This document shows, one piece after another, positions 35,955 through 36,508 of a DNA stretch of 36,508 nucleotides; the first letter of the stretch is position 1, and each line of letters opens with the position of its first letter. The stretch is from Anaerolineales bacterium (GTDB taxonomy: Bacteria; Chloroflexota; Anaerolineae; Anaerolineales; Villigracilaceae). Both the position numbers and the translations under genes were made by a program. Under the pieces are notes generated by a model. That model made no database searches, had not been told where the DNA came from, and was given only the letters and a program-made list of their open reading frames with translations. Location: assembly GCA_036396515.1 (NCBI GenBank), contig DASWKT010000210.1, forward strand, positions 1 through 36,508. Reading direction: 5' to 3'.

Positions 35955-36508
35955 ATGTACGATCTGATTATCATCGGTGGTGGGCCCGCTGGTCTCACAG
36001 CAGCCATCTATGCCATTCGTAAACGCCTCAACGTGCTCCTACTCACCAAGGATCTGGGTGGCAAGACCAATTACCGCCTGGCACTGCCCTGGGTGCAGGA
36101 TTACCAGGTCATTCGCGGGCTGGAGATTGTCAACAAGTTTCGCAACGAATTGGAATACCTTGACTTTGCGCGTCACATCGAGGCGGTCGAAAAGATCAGC
36201 CAAAAGAATGGCGGTTTTGTAGTAACGACCAAAGGCGGCGCAGAACTGGAAGCGAAAGCGATCATTATCGCCACCGGTGCGCGCCAGATACGGATGGGTG
36301 TGCCAGGTGAAAAGGAATTCACAATGAAAGGTTTGTGCTATTCTGCTCTAAGTTATGCACCTCTTTTCATTGAGAAAACTACAATCGTCGTTGGTGATAA
36401 CGAGTTGGCTTTACGTTCAGCCGCTGAACTTTCAACGGTTGCTGAGCAAGTCTATCTAGTATGTAAGGACGAAAGTGCATTGGAAACACCGGTCGGGCAT
36501 AAATTGCA
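35955..36508 (+). CDS. Thioredoxin-reductase-like FAD-dependent oxidoreductase lacking CxxC; 3' end beyond the window
   Basis: Not in the ORF track. Manual translation gives MYDLIIIGGGPAGLTAAIYAIRK...IIIATGA...GVPGEKEFTMKGLCYSALSYAPLF...VVGDNELA. AAGGAG RBS. Confidence 0.88.
   Translation, partial: MYDLIIIGGGPAGLTAAIYAIRKRLNVLLLTKDLGGKTNYRLALPWVQDYQVIRGLEIVNKFRNELEYLDFARHIEAVEKISQKNGGFVVTTKGGAELEAKAIIIATGARQIRMGVPGEKEFTMKGLCYSALSYAPLFIEKTTIVVGDNELALRSAAELSTVAEQVYLVCKDESALETPVGHKL

Overview
This window looks chromosomal and comes from an anaerobic bacterium. Protein style, gene order and repeat families suggest Chloroflexota/Anaerolineae, which is an inference. The left part (minus strand) has a CBS-domain protein, an amidase, a fused NuoE-NuoF-type NADH module, a NuoG/FdhA-N-terminal-like Fe-S subunit and the 5' end of a DUF559-like endonuclease attached to a hairpin repeat. 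A frameshifted gluconokinase remnant lies upstream of these. The middle part has a tandem-USP protein, a 2853-aa cyclic beta-1,2-glucan synthase (NdvB/Cgs) and a convergent KimA/YdaO-like APC transporter. The right ~20 kb is a Wood-Ljungdahl carbonyl-branch/methyl-transfer cluster: a core (MesB-like) methionine synthase, two CooC/AcsF ATPases, DUF3786, an HMA-like protein with a His motif, cooS/acsA, acsB, two small membrane ORFs, a CBS protein, acsD, acsC, acsV, acsE and a MetV-MetF fusion. It continues with a GNAT, a single-cluster HdrC-like protein, a malic enzyme and a truncated thioredoxin-reductase-like flavoprotein lacking CxxC. The least explained elements are the accessory proteins of the acs cluster, a 41-bp duplication of the CBS gene 5' end bracketing an inserted ORF, and several families of palindromic intergenic repeats, some reaching into gene ends. 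No rRNA, tRNA, CRISPR array or transposase was seen. All calls rest on motif recognition by eye; no database searches were run.
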